From Psilocybe cubensis (taxonomy: Eukaryota), in NCBI GenBank assembly GCA_017499595.2, contig CM038998.1, positions 496,001 through 560,000 of the forward strand: a stretch of DNA of 64,000 nt, in the 5' to 3' direction. Under the pieces are notes generated by a model that made no database searches, had not been told where the DNA came from, and saw only the letters and a program-made list of their open reading frames with translations. A program made the translations under genes and the position numbers. Of the stretch, positions 14,238-28,936 are shown piece by piece. The first letter of the stretch is position 1, and every line of letters starts with the position of its first letter.

Positions 14238-15994
14238 ATGGTTCCCTCTAGCCTCTTGGCCACGCTTATTCTCGCAGCAATCGTCTCTGCAAACCCTATT
14301 TTGATAAACACGTCCCCTGTGACTCTGCCGCTGTCTCGTCGTACGAACTTTACGAGTGTGCATAACCTTCTCAAACGCGATCAAACAAGAGCGAAGTTCT
14401 TCAAGGCAAAAGGCATTGCAAAGGCTACCGGAAACAACTTTCATGAAGACTTCATCAACGAACCGATTACTAACCAGGCTGTAACTTACGTTGCAAATGT
14501 GGGGATCGGCAGCCCACCCACGACTTGTAGGATTTAATTTCTCGAAATAGACATTTGCTAACGTTTCGTCGCGATATGAATAGATTCTCTCTTGATAGAT
14601 ACCGGGAGGTAAGAGTTGCATTGTCTGTATATCTTTGTCTCCTGTTTGAAAGGCTTGTCATTATAGTTCAAACACATGGGTTGGAGCTAACAAGGCCTAC
14701 GTCAAGACCGGCACTAGCGTCAAGACTTCGAATACAGTGGTATGTTTTCCGGTTTCTTAGTCACACTAAGAGATGTCGACATACCAATTCCATAAAGTCT
14801 GTAAAATATGGCTCAGGGTCCTTCTCTGGGGTTGAATTCACTGACACGGTAACCCTGGCTTCTGGCCTCGTAATCAAGAAGCAATCTATTGGGGTTGCTT
14901 CAGAGGTGCCTATTTAGCTTATGAATTCTCTGAGGCACTCTTTATTAACTTCCTTTACAAGTTCGAAGGATTTGACGGAGTGGATGGTATACTGGGGTAT
15001 GTACAGGTATTGAATACCGTTTCTATTGCTCTTGTTGACAAGTGTTCGCGATAGTATTGGGCCCGTGGATCTCACAATAGGAACACTCTCCGAGGCGTTC
15101 GACACTGCAGTACCCACCGTCACTGATAACCTTTTTACCGAGGGGATAACTGCTTCAAATGAAATTGCAATTTCCTTTAAGCCTACCGTTGTGGAGGACG
15201 ACGTAAATGGCGAAATTACATGGGGTGCGTTGAAATAAACATATTTGAATCTCTGTAACCCTCACTGACCGAGTGTAAAATTAAAACATAGGAGGAATTG
15301 ATTCTTCCAAGTTTACAGGACCAATGACATATATGTAAGTGACCACTGAGTACATAACGAGGAATTTCAGCGGAGCTCATGATCAATTTACTCAGCCCCA
15401 TGACATCTACTTCACCTGCAGATCAATACTGGGGTATTGATCAATCTGTACGATATGGGTCGTCAAATACCATCCTGTCCACCACTGCTGGAATTGTCGA
15501 CACTGGTGCGTATCGATCTCTCAAGGGATCAATATTTAAAATATGACCCGACACTAGGAACAACTCTGATTCTCCTCGCCACTGATGCTTTCAAGAAATA
15601 TCAGACCGCAACTAAGGCCACTCTCGATAGCACCACTGGATTATTAAAGCTATCCTCTGCGAATTTCAACGCTCTGCAAAGTCTCTTCTTCATTGCTGGG
15701 GGAGTAAGTGCATACAAAATAGCTTAGCAAGTCTAAAGGCTAATGGTTAACTACCAGACCACTTTCGAGCTGACTGCAAATGCTCAAATCTGGCCTCGAG
15801 CACTCAACGCCGATATAGGAGGTGTCGCTGGAAATATATACGTCGTCGTTGCAGACATGGGAACGCCAAGCGGGCAGGGTCTTGATTTCATTAATGGGTT
15901 CACCTTCTTGGAGCGATTCTACTCCGTCTACGATACCGGGAGAGGGCGCGTCGGTCTGGCTGCAACCCCTTTTACAAAGTCCAACATCAATTAG
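14238..15994 (+). CDS. Secreted A1 aspartic protease (polyporopepsin-like), copy 1
   Basis: Signal peptide and propeptide, YVANVGIGSPPT, micro-exon LLIDTG(S), YGSGSFSG flap, GVDGILG, GIVDTGTT, INGFTFLERFYSVYD; TATA-like tataa near 14188. Confidence 0.93.
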
Positions 15995-16345
15995 GTCATA
16001 TCGGAGGCAATGCGATTGAGTCTATCTTAGTTTACTGGTTGATTGTCGTTAGTTGAATGAACTTTCCGTACGGACCCTTCAATGATACACCTTGTCCAAT
16101 AGTCGAAGGCCTTCTGAGATGATGAGGCTTTAGAGGCATCAGTTGAATTGGCTCACGAGTGACGAAGTTGAACCTTTATCGGATTTTGCCGCAGGTTGTT
16201 CGCGATCACTAAAACGACGCTGGCCGAGGCTGGGTTGACTGCCGCATTGTACAGAAACTGACCACGTTTTCGATGCTGAGGGTATGTAATGCAAATAAGT
16301 TATGCATTACTTGACGATAGTATGTACAGTATATCGTCTTAGAAA

Positions 16346-16785
16346 TTAAACATTCTTTTTTCTCATCAACTCTTCCTCCTCGCGCTGCAACTCCGCATCG
16401 ATCTTCGCTCCCCGGGACGGCTCATTGCCATGTGAGCGGGCGGGCGCAAGAGGGTCTGTCACAGTCTTATCATCTGCGTGCTTTTCTGCGTGTCTTTCGT
16501 TCTTCTCTGCTGCAGACAGTCTGTTGGCGATACTGCGTTCATCTCTGGGAATTTCGGATTAAACAATGTCGATGGACGACTTGAAGGCTCAAAGGAAAAT
16601 TACACACTTGGAATCTGTGTCGATGTGGGCATTATCGGGTGCCGCTTGGAATCTGCCCGAAGGTCTCTCAAACATCTTGTCACTGTAAAAGATTGGATAT
16701 GTGAGATCTAGACGGGTTCATTAATCAACTGGGATATAGCCGGTGCTAACCTGTCATCACTACTAGGTGCTTGGAATCGGGACAT
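16346..16785 (-). CDS. Small (~100 aa) hydrophilic conserved fungal protein, 3 exons
   Basis: Two GT-AG introns splice in frame to MSRFQAPSSDDSDKMFERPSGRFQAAPDNAHIDTDSKDERSIANRL...DPLAPARSHGNEPSRGAKIDAELQREEEELMRKKNV*; not in ORF track. Confidence 0.8.
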
Positions 16786-17196
16786 TGTGTCTAGAGTACA
16801 GATGCTAAATAGTTTGCTTATTGAGAAGGAGAAGGATTTGAGGTCGTCATTTTGAAAGCATTGATGGTTTTTATACGGTCATTTCAAGGTTCCACTACAT
16901 GACGTCAGTCTCTATGCACGTTATGCCTTCAAAGTTTCGGAGTATTGGGTAGGCTGGACTAAGAGCATAAGTTAAGCCAGACATTATCATGATCTCTAAA
17001 TAATGTAAGTCTCAGATATCATTCCAGACGGTTGTATAACATGGAATTTCGCGTAGTTTTACAGAAGATACATCAGTTCATCGATGCGGCTATGCAGATG
17101 TAATTCACTTTCTTTCTTTCTGTTCGTTGTTTCTTAGACAATGAGAAGCTGTATCAATATAATCATTATATGACAACTTACCTCTTTAGAAATTGT

Positions 17197-17629
17197 TCAA
17201 GAGGAGCATTTGAAAGACGACATCTCGTCGTTAAATCCGGAAAGGAAGGCCACATATGAGTTAACATCATAGGTTGGACCAGAGCAATCATAATCCCTGA
17301 GGCAAAACGTGAGCACTAATCGCTTTCGAAATCGTCTATGTCCTCACCTGAAGAGTGTGCAATGGTGACCGCTGCCACCAGGAGCAACGCTTGAGATTAC
17401 ATCATTCATACGTGCGGGTACGTTGTGGCATTTGTTGTTCTTGTATTGTATGAACACGCATGTACCCTCCAGGTTGGCATCTGAGCAGAGCATGACAGTG
17501 GAGTCGGCCTGTAGCAAAATCGGACCAGAACAATTAGATTGCAATTCGGTGGACATATACAAGAAATAAACGCACCACGACGGACAACACAAGAGCTGAC
17601 AAGAGGGTAATACCGGTGATTAACTTCAT
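17197..17629 (-). CDS. Small secreted Cys-rich beta/gamma-crystallin-like protein (104 aa, 3 exons)
   Basis: Signal MKLITGITLLSALVLSVVA; two Greek-key-like motifs LCSDANLEG...MNDVISS and LFRDYDCSG...FNDEMSSF; 6 Cys; two in-frame GT-AG introns. Confidence 0.8.
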
Positions 17630-19104
17630 GTTATGGATGTTAAGGTGAAGAACCAGACGCGCCGTACATGTCTCTTTTAAAGGTGACCTTCTCCGATGAA
17701 AGGGTTTACCAGAAGTCGTGCTTGCTTTGGTCTAAAATGCAAAGTGAGAGTAGTAGTCTTAGTACGATCCAGTCTAATGTGTCTTCAATTATTCAATACC
17801 TTCTGTCAATATCGCCGCACTTAAGCTAAACCGATGTAATCAATTTAGGTGGAAGACAAGACGGATTCAAGCCTGCTAGGATCGGTAAACTGAACGGATT
17901 TCAATGGATCCAATGTCGCTAGTAGGCCTCACTTGCGGACGCAGAGGTTACGTTATGAATCGCTAGTTGAACTGGGCTACTAGTGCAGGATCAACTTGTC
18001 ATTTCTGTGACACGTCATGTAGCTTCACAGTGATAGTGGGGGTACCACAAGTCTAGAAAACCATGAAATATGAGCTATAAGTGCCCAAGTTCACGGAATT
18101 ATACTCACTAGTTGAAATATTGGCCTGGTTAAACGCCGGTAGAAAGTTCGTGTGATGATGCCAAGTGATGAGCCCTACGGCGTGCTCGGTTGCTAATTTG
18201 CGGCATATTGCGGCGCGGAGGGCCGAATTTAGATCTCCGACGCAGACAGCGCATCAGCGCGCGCGCTGGTCGCGCGACATGCCACATGCACAATACTCGC
18301 AAGTCGATCTTGCAAAAAAAAAGTCCACGATTCAGAGTTACAAACTTATCATTAATTCAATCTGCACGAAAATTATATAGGTAACACTAGAAAACGGCAC
18401 ACTTTGCAGAAACCAATCGGGAAAATATACCTGTCATGTAATATACATAGTTACTATGAACCAGTTCTTCCCTGCCACTGCCACCACCCGCTACGGCGTA
18501 CGCAACTGATCTCGGAAATATTCAACCTCGAAGGACCAATTCATGCTTAGCATGCGCCGCCGTAAAGAACCAACATCATCATAGCGAGCGTACCTTCTGC
18601 ATCCGAGAATAGGTTGAACTCTTTGAAGGCGAAAATAGTATTCAAAAAGACTAAAATCGTTGGGGAAAAAGACGAATGTATCAAAGAGCAGCAGGTTGAG
18701 AGATTATAAAATAACTAATCTATATAATTCAACAAGGGAACCATATAGAGCTACAAATATTAGTCTAACCAGATGTGCTTCAAATGCTATACTTTTGTTC
18801 TTGATTAACCATGACTGTTTTTCAACTGTTTTTAAAACGGAAAAGATTTTCATGAATCGAGAGTGATGAAACTATGTGGCTGTGTGGACGCACTATTCCT
18901 GTCCTAGTTACCATCCTATTTTGACCGTTTACGCCTCAAGGCAACTCGCGACCGTGTTGTACCTGCATGTGGGAAAGGAACGCATCAAGAGGCTGCTAAT
19001 CGGCTGTTTCATGCCCATCTAGCCTCCTGAACTCCATCTTCGAGTCGCTTTTGTCATCCACTCGTCCCTCAGAGCAACTTCGGAGAGCTCAAAACGATAT
19101 CGAC

Positions 19105-21680
19105 ATGCCCCGAGAAAACAGTCTGAGCGACTCTGAGGGCAGGTCACTCACTTCTAACGAGTCAGAAGAGGATGCCTTCGCAATATCGCCAGCATCTGCG
19201 AATTACTCTCAACTGCCTGAGGTAGCCTCTCCCTATCGCGCTGACCTATCGCGAATCAAGACACAGTCCAGGAAATCAATACACTCCAAGGTTTCCAAGG
19301 CCGTTCCTTCGCCAGCTGTCCATCAAGCGGGCTTTGCGACGATGACACCAAAGGACAAATTCCGGGCAGCAGTGCGCAAGGTCATGGCCATGAGGCGTGG
19401 CACGACATTGTTAGGGAACGTCGGAGGCATTGGAGCAGAGCCGGGCATTGACCCTCGTCGTCCCGCTGTGGACGCTGCGTACAGTCATATCAAGGAGCAA
19501 TGCCAAATTGAGATTATGGACTACTCGGCCATCCGAAACACGACCCGACATATGGATAACGCGCAATTTATTGAGTTCATGGGAGACCTGGATTCGCCCG
19601 AGTTACCGCAGAGGGATCCGTGGGTTAAAGTGAGGTGGATTAATATTGGTGGTATTAGCTGGGATGTGATTCGGGCGCTGTCGATCAAGTATAGTGAGTG
19701 GCTCCATCAAAGAAAGGGTCCCGAATTTCAAATTTCTGTTTTTCAGATTTGCATCCGCTCGCTTTAGAAGATGTCTTCCACGGCCATTCTCGAAATCGTA
19801 GCAAGGCAGACTATTATTCCAAGCACCTCTTTCTTCGTATCCTTTGCCACGAACTTCTCGATGATGAAGAAAAAAGATCTAGGGCGGCATTTACACAATA
19901 CACCACTGGACCTCGATCGAATTCTCCAGAACCTCTGGAGAGCTATCCTGACGAAGAAGAGGAAAAAGTGAATATGGACGATTCTGAAGAGCTTAAAAAG
20001 CCAACAAGCTCTTTCCCTTCTCGCGCAGCCACGCTTGTTCAACGACGTGGGCAGCCGTCACTTTTGCCGACCAATCGGAACGACTTGAAGGGGGCATACA
20101 ACACCGGAAAGAGGTCCCCAACAGGAAGTAATCTTTCAACGCTGGTAGCCAGGGAAGGAGCGGTAAGTCCGACAAAACGGTTTTAATCCTACCTCATCTG
20201 ACCATGTAATAGCTCCAGCTATCTCGAGAAGAACAAAAACAGGATGAAGCAGCGATCGAAGCTCTGAAAAAGGTCCGTTAGTCGTTGTATCAAGGATATA
20301 AATCATGACATTAGTTATCGTTTAGGGATCTCGCATCAACGTGGATGTTACGCCTATGTTCTTCTTTTTATTCAGAGATGGTATGAGATAAAAAACTCCC
20401 TGAAGGTGCCATGAGTAGAACGGCATTAATTGCTGCTTATTTTCTTAGGCACTATTATCTCGATCCGACCCATCCCCAACCTTTCCCTAACGCAGCCTAT
20501 ATCATTTCGGCTGAAGAGTCGCGATACTGTACTGCGAAAATCGGCAGACCCATCTCTCTTGCTCCATGCTTTGCTTGACCTTAGTAAGTATTTTACCCGC
20601 CAGTCTTAGTATACCGACATGTTTACCCTTCTGTAGTCGTCGACAAAGCGGTTCAGGTCATCGAGGCGTATCACGCGAAAATTCACAAGTTCGAAAAGGA
20701 GATCCTTTTACGACCGCAAATGAACACTGTTAGAGACTGTATGTCGAGCTCTATTATTTCGTGTAAAACCTTCTCAAACCCGGTAGTGCATATCCTCTCC
20801 GGCGATCTCATCCTCCACAAACGCACGCTTGACCCCATCAAAACGCTTATCTACGGGCTGAGACGATACGACGTCGATCGGTGTGCGGCTCTCATCGATA
20901 GCTCAGATCCCGCAAACAAGGATGTGAGAGTAGTGGGGTTCATGAGCCATAAGGCTAAGATTTATCTTGTACGCGATAACCTCTCTCACAGTCTCTGTTA
21001 TGACTCACTATTTTACCTTTTTACTAAGGCTGATGTTTATGACCATATGGACTACATCTTAACTAGCCTGGATATGTTCGCCGGGATTGCCCAAAATTTG
21101 ATAGATTACACCTTCAACGTAAGTTCTTCATATCGTATGGGCTTTCGTTTGGCTTTTACTAACTGCATATTGTCTCTTCAGATGTCTTCGTATGAGATGA
21201 ACGAAGTAATGTGTGTCAATTATCCTACCTCTATATTTCAATCGCACTGATTAAAATACTCCTTAGGCGTCGTTTAACCATGGCAACAATCATATTTTTA
21301 CCTTTGACTGTCCTCACCGGCTACTTCGTATGTTCTTCTTCTTGACTACCTGTACAGCTTTGCAGACTTTTAATTGACTTGAATCGGGAACAGGGAATGA
21401 ACTTTTCAAGTATGTGGTCCGTTGACAAGCACACCGACCTTCTGTCAGTTCCTCTGCTACATGTCGACATGCGCGTAGTTTTGCTAATACATGCGCTAGG
21501 TTTTGGGAAATTGCCATACCCATCATGGTTGTTACGCTACCTCTGGCGCTATGGGGAGACCTCAAAAAGTTCTGGCATTATATCCACAAGAGGTCAGCAG
21601 CAACAAAAGCGATTAAGGTATGGATAACTATTTCTCCTTTTCGCCAGTTTCTCAAGCCTTCTGATCTGCAGACGATGTAA
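19105..21680 (+). CDS. CorA-family Mg2+ transporter (Alr1/Mnr2-like)
   Basis: [46 protein letters not shown] (CorA GMN motif split by an intron), second TM FWEIAIPIMVV. Confidence 0.9.
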
Positions 21681-23279
21681 ATCCGGGCGTTGTCGCCCTG
21701 CAAAGTCTATAAACCCCTGGTTTGGCTTTCAGTAATATAGGTAATTCACCAACTGGATCAGTTTAACCCACACACATCTCTCTCTTTCGTATCCAATGCC
21801 CAAGATTGGCGTTCATTCACGCCGGCACATACACTCCTTCCGCTTTTGTGATGTTTTTAGTATATTTAATGCCTTCATTGTTGCTAGCATCTTCGGGAAA
21901 GACGCCTGTGTTGTCACAATAGTCTCTAATACCCTCATCATACCAGTATGTTTCCTTTTATATATACCATGGCACATTCCTTTCATATTCCTTTACTATT
22001 TACGACTCCATATCTTTTTGTGTTCCTAGCATTATATGTCAAGGTTATTCGGTACTAGACGACTTCCGGTTTAGCATTTTCCAGTCGGATATTCGAACGT
22101 GAGTAATTGGTTTCTACTTCCAGCGCCAAACCCGTTTTACAACAAAATATTGGACATTGCTGGGTAGAGTGAAACTTTCATTATGCATCATGTTTACCCT
22201 GGCATATCAATGTCTTGATGATAATTGTGGAGCAAATACACGGGATACTTTTTAGTTGCATTCACTTCATTTATAAAGGTTTACTTCTGTATCGCTTCAG
22301 ACCTTGAAACCCAAGCGTAGTCCCAGATTTCACTATCAACATAGCCTTTTACTGTTGGAATTCCAGGTAGGACTCAAGAGGTACTCATGATCATGTATTG
22401 GTGTCGAGTTTTCACCTCTGACTCATCCGCCTATTTTTAATTCGTTACTGAAGCCCAAAAGTGCTATGGTATACTATTCACCGGGCTCATGAGTCCGCCT
22501 TGCGCTGATCTCAGACTGTTTTAACTCTGTACAGCGTAACTAAGGGCTATACAGGCTCACTGATCATCTCTAACAACGTCTTATATATGATTTTATTTTC
22601 GTTGTGATCATCGTCGTTTCCTCAACGCTCCGCTAATGACGGGAACAGGCATCACAGAACTAGACAAAGCTTAGAGGTCTAAGTACGTTACCAATCACCA
22701 ACCTATGGACTGTATGCTGAGTCGCTGATGCATATCAAGTTATGATTTATTCCAGTTTCGTAAGTTAGCACTCTAGCATTACTCGCAGTGCGCAACAGCG
22801 CGTTAATTTTCTAGAGGCTGTTCCTGAAGTCTCGCTAACCGACTAGGGTGAGAGAATTGCTGCAGGCGTCGCCAATGTTAACGCAGAAAACGTCTTGCTG
22901 TGCCCGCACGACTGCGCTGTAGCGACCTGTAATCTCGGCAATCAAGCCGAAGCTTATGTACATATCTGCTTTAATGGGAATTAATTTCCAAACTTGGACT
23001 GCGGATGATGTCGGAGGGAGCAAAAAGGACTCAGAAAGTGCCAGATTGATTGCTTTCAGGGTTGCTACAGCGTACGATGTTGCTGATCCTGTCAATGTTG
23101 CGTATCCGACGACCCCATGAAACGCCACCCATCTTTGAGCGCCCCCAGATGGGCGCTTTAATGCAACCCGATGAACAATATTTGTACATACGATACCCAC
23201 TACTGCGGTGACCGTGATTTCACCACCGAGCGTAGCTGCAGGTCTGCTGGCTCAACAGCACGAGACTCGATAGCCAACG

Positions 23280-26200
23280 ATGATTAGCTTGTTCTTTCTT
23301 CAATTTCGAGCGTTGGTTTGGAAGAATTGGATCGTGTTATCAAAACACCCTTTCGTACGTCGCCTATTTTGATATTTTGACGCTTTGAGACTGACCGAAG
23401 CATAGTCCACTCTTCTAAGATGTCTCATTCTGCCTGTCTGCTATGGATTATTCCTATCATTCGCTCAATTCTTTCTTCATAGATTAAACAACGTGCGCCA
23501 CTTTTTCTCATCCCTCCTAATACTCCACTCATAACGAATAGTATGGACTGGGAACTAGCATATCTATTCCCTCATTTGATACCCATTTCGACGGGACAAT
23601 GCCTTTGTACTGGGTAGACAACACAAGTGCTTTCACGAACCCTTCACCGAAAAGCATCATGGCCAGACTGACGTCCAACTTTACACCTTCTCAACTGAGC
23701 GCTGTGCACAAAGTCGATACCATGGCGGATATTGTGGCTAGTTGCCGCCAAAATTTCAATGGACTTTCAGCATGCTACGCCGGAGTCAGCTTTAACGATG
23801 TCTCGATATCTCACTTTCAATCCAATCCTCTCAATTATACAATTGTGGCTGATGCAGGATTGATCCACATCGATGTTGAACATCACACCGGAGACATTGA
23901 GAACCGTATTCTACCTCTTCAGTGGGCAATTGACAAGGCAAGTATTTGCATCTTATGTTACCTGAAATCACTAGACATGGAAGCTAGGCAATCATCGAGC
24001 TCAGGACCGATCAAACACAACAGACGCCTCTTCAATGGCCGTACACCATGCAATCTAATAAGGACCAAACAAGGCTTATTCGGCTTAGTTATACTAGAGG
24101 GATCCGGGAAATAATTGTGCTAGCTTTGTCAGTATATGCCATACTGGTTCGCTCAATCTGGCTCACTTTGTTTCCTAGCTTTCTTGCGTTCTCTGCCATC
24201 TCGTACCAAATTCCGGGTTCTGTAGCAAATGAACGTGCCTTACTTATTACCGGGCACATGAAGGCAATGGGACTCTATGACTCCGCACGAATACTGTGGG
24301 TTATTTAGCCTTCCTCCTATGCTCTTATCCTTACATTCTAGGTAAAAAGTTCATGGCACGTCGGTATCTCGATCACCTACCTTCCTGGCTGGATTATCGT
24401 CGGATTATTGTGGAAGTTCCGGATCTTCGTCGAAACAAGCGCCTTTTTAATCGTGTTTGTACACGTCCTTCTTGGGCTAGTTTTAGCAAGCTGGTCGCTC
24501 TTCGTAGCAGCGCCGTTTGGGACAAGTCCGCAGCTCGCCGCTGTTGTGACCACCTTCTTGAGCGTTGCCGTCGCGGTGATTGGCCAAACGCTCAACACCG
24601 CTCGACCATTGGTTACTATACTATACTCCGCTTTGTTCCCTCCTTCCTTCTACATTTTTGCTATGAAAGCCATTTGTGGGTACGAAAATAACCAGCTCGC
24701 AACCAATCCATTTAAGGGCGATCCGGACAGGAATATCACTCTTTTCCCATTCATTTTTGTCGCGATTGTAAGTCGAGATATTCTTTGCTTGCTTTTCAAC
24801 ACCTAAACACAACCACAGCTCAATATATTCGTTTGGCCGTGCCTCGCCGTCCGCCTTGAAAGGAAGCTGTACGAGACAATATCCCCTAAAACAACTGCAA
24901 AAAAGCAAGAGGATGGATTGGATTATATACCTCCCAACGTCGCTATATCCATTCGCAATTTGACCAAGGTTTACTCCTCGTCTGTTTTTGCGTCCACGGG
25001 GGATGTCACTGCAGTTTCAAACCTCAGTCTGGACATTCCCAAGACCGGAATATTTGTACTGCTAGGGTCAAATGGGTAGGTTTAGTCACCAGTTTGATTC
25101 ATGGTACTTCACTCAACTATATTTTAGCGCTGGCAAGTCGACGACGTTATCCATCCTGGCCGGACTCTCCAGCATCACAGAAGGAACGGTGACCTTTGAA
25201 GGCGGGTTCAAACGGCCTCCTCGCGGTACCATGGGAATTGTTCCTCAGAAAAACGTGCTCTTCGATGAGTTGACGTGTTTGCAGACACTAGAGGTGTGGA
25301 GAGCAGTCAAGTGGTCTCACAACACGGACGAACACGAAGACCTGGAACAACTGTTGATCGACTGCGATTTGGAGAAGAAAATCCATGCCAATGCGGCGAC
25401 CCTGTCTGGCGGTCAGAAACGCAAGCTTCAGCTTGCTATTGGGCTTCTTGGTGGATCTAAAGGTATGTTGCGGTAAACCCGGCGCATAATTTGGCACAAC
25501 TCTGATGTCATGTTGTAATAGTGGTCCTTGTGGACGAATGCACGTCTGGAGTTGACCCCCTGAGCCGTCGAGCTCTGTGGAAAATCCTCACGGCATTCCA
25601 CGAAGATCGGAGTATCGTGTTTACAACCCATGTGCGTATTTATTGTAAGGAGTAGGAGTTGTTGTTTGACGACAGGTTTTACAGTTTCTTGATGAAGCCG
25701 ACTTACTGGCGGATCAAATTGCCATACTTGCAGCTCCAGGAAAGGTCGTTGCATCGGGGACGCCAGTTTCATTAAAACGCGATTTTGGCGATGGATACTC
25801 GGTGCAGGTCTCATTCAAATCGCAGATGAGTCCTTTGGTTTCGGAATTTGAATTACTGGAGGGCATCAAACAAATCTGTCCTCAAACTTACATCACATCG
25901 CCATCTTCCTCGCAAAAATGTTACCACCTCAGAACGAGAGATAATACATTGATAGGTCAAGTGCTCGAATTCCTGGATACCCATGTGAACAACAGACAGA
26001 TAGAATCATACGATCTTCTGGGAACCACGATTGAAGACGTTTTCTTGGATGTCATGAGCGAAAACGATGCAAACAAGAAAGGTTCATTCGACGGAACTAC
26101 ATCATCGATATATGCCCCAGAAGATCTCTCACCCGACACTCCTCTTCTCGAAAAACTTCCAGGCGGTATCGGTTTAACGAATGGAAGGTCGGTTTCACCA

Positions 26201-28936
26201 TTCCGACAGGCATTCACAGTTTTTCATAAACGCGCATTAATCGCGAAGCGGGCTTGGATGACACCTTTCCTAGCCATCTTTATCACAGTCATAGGCGCAT
26301 GTGTCCCGCTCACATTCATCAAAGGGAAAGACCAATCGTGTACCGTACCATCAAAGGATGTCACATCGATCCCTCTCTACTTGCCAAAATCGACTCCGCT
26401 TCTTAGTGCTACACTTCCCACACCCGCCCGTGTTGTTTCGTCGCCGCCTAACATCATCGAATCTCTGGGGCAAATGCCCCTCTTCATGTTGGATATCATT
26501 AATGTCCCGGACAACGCGTCTTTTGTTGGGATGATCACCAGCAATCATACAAATATCACATCGGGTGGTGTTTCCGTAGACCAGGCAACCGGGGCATCGT
26601 TGGTAGCTTGGGAAGCCACTTCGCCTGGCATTCGAGGGCCATCCATGTTGAATCTAGCAACAAATGTTTTGTTCAACCGTGCCCGAAAGTTGACGGGCAG
26701 TGCGAATGCGGTTCCAAATAATATCTATGCCAACTATGCGACTTTCCCGAAGGTTGCTGCTGCCACTCTGGTTTACTTGAAATGGATATTCTTCTTTGGT
26801 GCTGTCATGGTATGTTGTACATCGGCCGATCTTAAATCATTGTGGGCCTTATGAACCATCGTATTTCTTACAGGCCGTATATCCTGCATTTTTTGCACTC
26901 TATGTATCGAAAGAACGCCGCTCGTCTGTACAAGCGATGCAACTTTCAAATGGTCTTACGAATCCCGTTGGGATGTGGTTAGGACATCTCATGTTCGATC
27001 TCATTGCAGCTGTGCTCCTTTCCACTATAATTATCATAGTTTTTGCGTCTTTTTCTGAGCAATTTCATGGTCTTGGACTATTGGTATGTTATCTCCCCTA
27101 TTCTATCAGGTGTACTCATCTTAGCACAATAATAGTGGGTCGTTTTCCTGCTGTACGGGATCAGTGGCACCCTGTTCGCATATGCACTGTCCTTGATGGT
27201 TGATTCGGCCCTTGCAGCATTTGCTATTGTAGCATGTTATCAGTTTATCACTTTTGTGGTAGGTACCCAAACTACCTATGTTGAAGCCCAATTTTAAACG
27301 AGCACCCTAAAGCTTTATTTGTCCTCATACCTCGCCGTGTTTACCTTTGGAAAAATCACAGAGTCAACCCGTCTGATCACCATCATCCACTTTACTATAT
27401 CAATTGTGTCTCCAGTCACAAGTGTAGTATGTTCTACTTCCCTCTATCTGTCGCATCATTCACTGACATTCTCGTTTGCGTAGATTCGTGCAACTTTAGT
27501 CTCTACAAATTTATTCTCCCTTCTATGTGATTCCGGAACGCAGAATGTTACTACAGCTTCATTGTTTTCTATCACACGATTTGGCGGGCCGATTCTCTAT
27601 CTAATAATATACGCCTTTGTTTCGCTCGGCGTTCTGATATATGTCGATTCAGGCTCAAAGGTCCGCCACTCAAGACATAGGAAGAAGTACCTTTTAGGTA
27701 CTGGTTCCGACACGCTCCCTGGCGCAGACGTTGTTGCGGCTGCAGAAGCGGTTGCAACGTCTGACGACCTCCTCCGTGTCATCAACCTGTCCAAATCGTA
27801 CCATGGCAAACGAGTGACGGACGATGTCAGCTTGGGTGTCCCAAGAGACTCTATCTTTGCACTTTTGGGTCCTAATGGAGCTGGAAAGACGACCACATTC
27901 AACATAATCCGTGAGTGAATGTGGCACTTTGACTCCCACCTTCGTTCTTATCATTTATGTTCTGGCCAGGCGGCGATGTCTACCCAGATTGCGGGGATGT
28001 TATTATTAACGGAGCCTCAATTGTCAGCGATCCACGTGGTGCTCGGGCTTCATTGGGTGTCTGCCCACAGTTTACCGCCATCGACTCTCAGCTTACTGTA
28101 CGGGAGCATCTTATGATATATGGGCGCTTCAAGGGCCTAAAGAGGGGAGCGGAGCTCAATCATAATATCAACATGATTCTGAAATCCACTTCCCTGACCA
28201 TCTACTCTGATAGGCTCGCAAGCAATCTGTCAGGAGGAAATCAGAGAAAATTGGCGCTCGCCATTGCGCTAATGGGAAACCCCTCTGTCATTCTCATCGA
28301 TGAATTTTCAACAGGAGTGGATCCAAAAATGAAACGTGATATGTGGAATACGTTGCGAAGGGTGTCAATAGGCAAAGCCATTATCATCACAACTCGTACG
28401 TCCTACAATTTGATCCTTTTTCCGGAGTGATATTTATCATTTGTCTTAAAAGACTCCATGGAGGAAGCATCTGCGCTGGCCAATACCGTTGGGATATTGG
28501 CTAAGCGAATGCTGGGTTAGTCTCTAGACCTTACCCTTTGCTATTGGGTGGTACTCACAAAGTATAAACAGCTATCGGTACAATTGAAGACTTAGCCAGT
28601 CGTTATGGAGCTTACGAAGTCCACTTCTCGTGCCGATCACGACAGGACGTTATTAGAGCTCGTCAGATGATGTCGCGCATTCCTGGATCCAAAAAGTCCA
28701 ACGACGTTGCTACTCGATTCGAAGTTCCCGTCAATGGGGAATTCTCACTGGCACAACTATTCACCATTCTGGCTAGCGAGGGAGATTTCATGGAATACAC
28801 TGTGGAACGAGCGTCATTGGAAAGCATCTTTTTGAAAGTTGTTCGAGGCGCTGAACAGAAAGAAAGCCTGTTTCAGTTCAACATTCCAAGTAACGCCCGT
28901 GCTTTTACTCCTCTCAGACGGACAGCATCCCAATAA
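23280..28936 (+). CDS. Full-size ABCA-family ABC transporter
   Basis: [17 protein letters not shown] start; NBD1 GSNGAGKS / LSGGQKRKL / [15 protein letters not shown]2 GPNGAGKT / LSGGNQRKL / [13 protein letters not shown]-terminal SLESIFL. Confidence 0.93.

Noticed and set aside
18100-18870. Possible non-autonomous CACTA relic (cactagttgaaa, cactagaaaa, gcgcgcgc and gacatgccacatg resembling 52593-52605)
   Set aside because: No convincing matching right terminus, TSD or coding remnant; the motif match is short.
22835-23200. 121-aa minus-strand ORF upstream of the ABC transporter
   Set aside because: Non-ATG start and no recognisable motif; likely promoter DNA.
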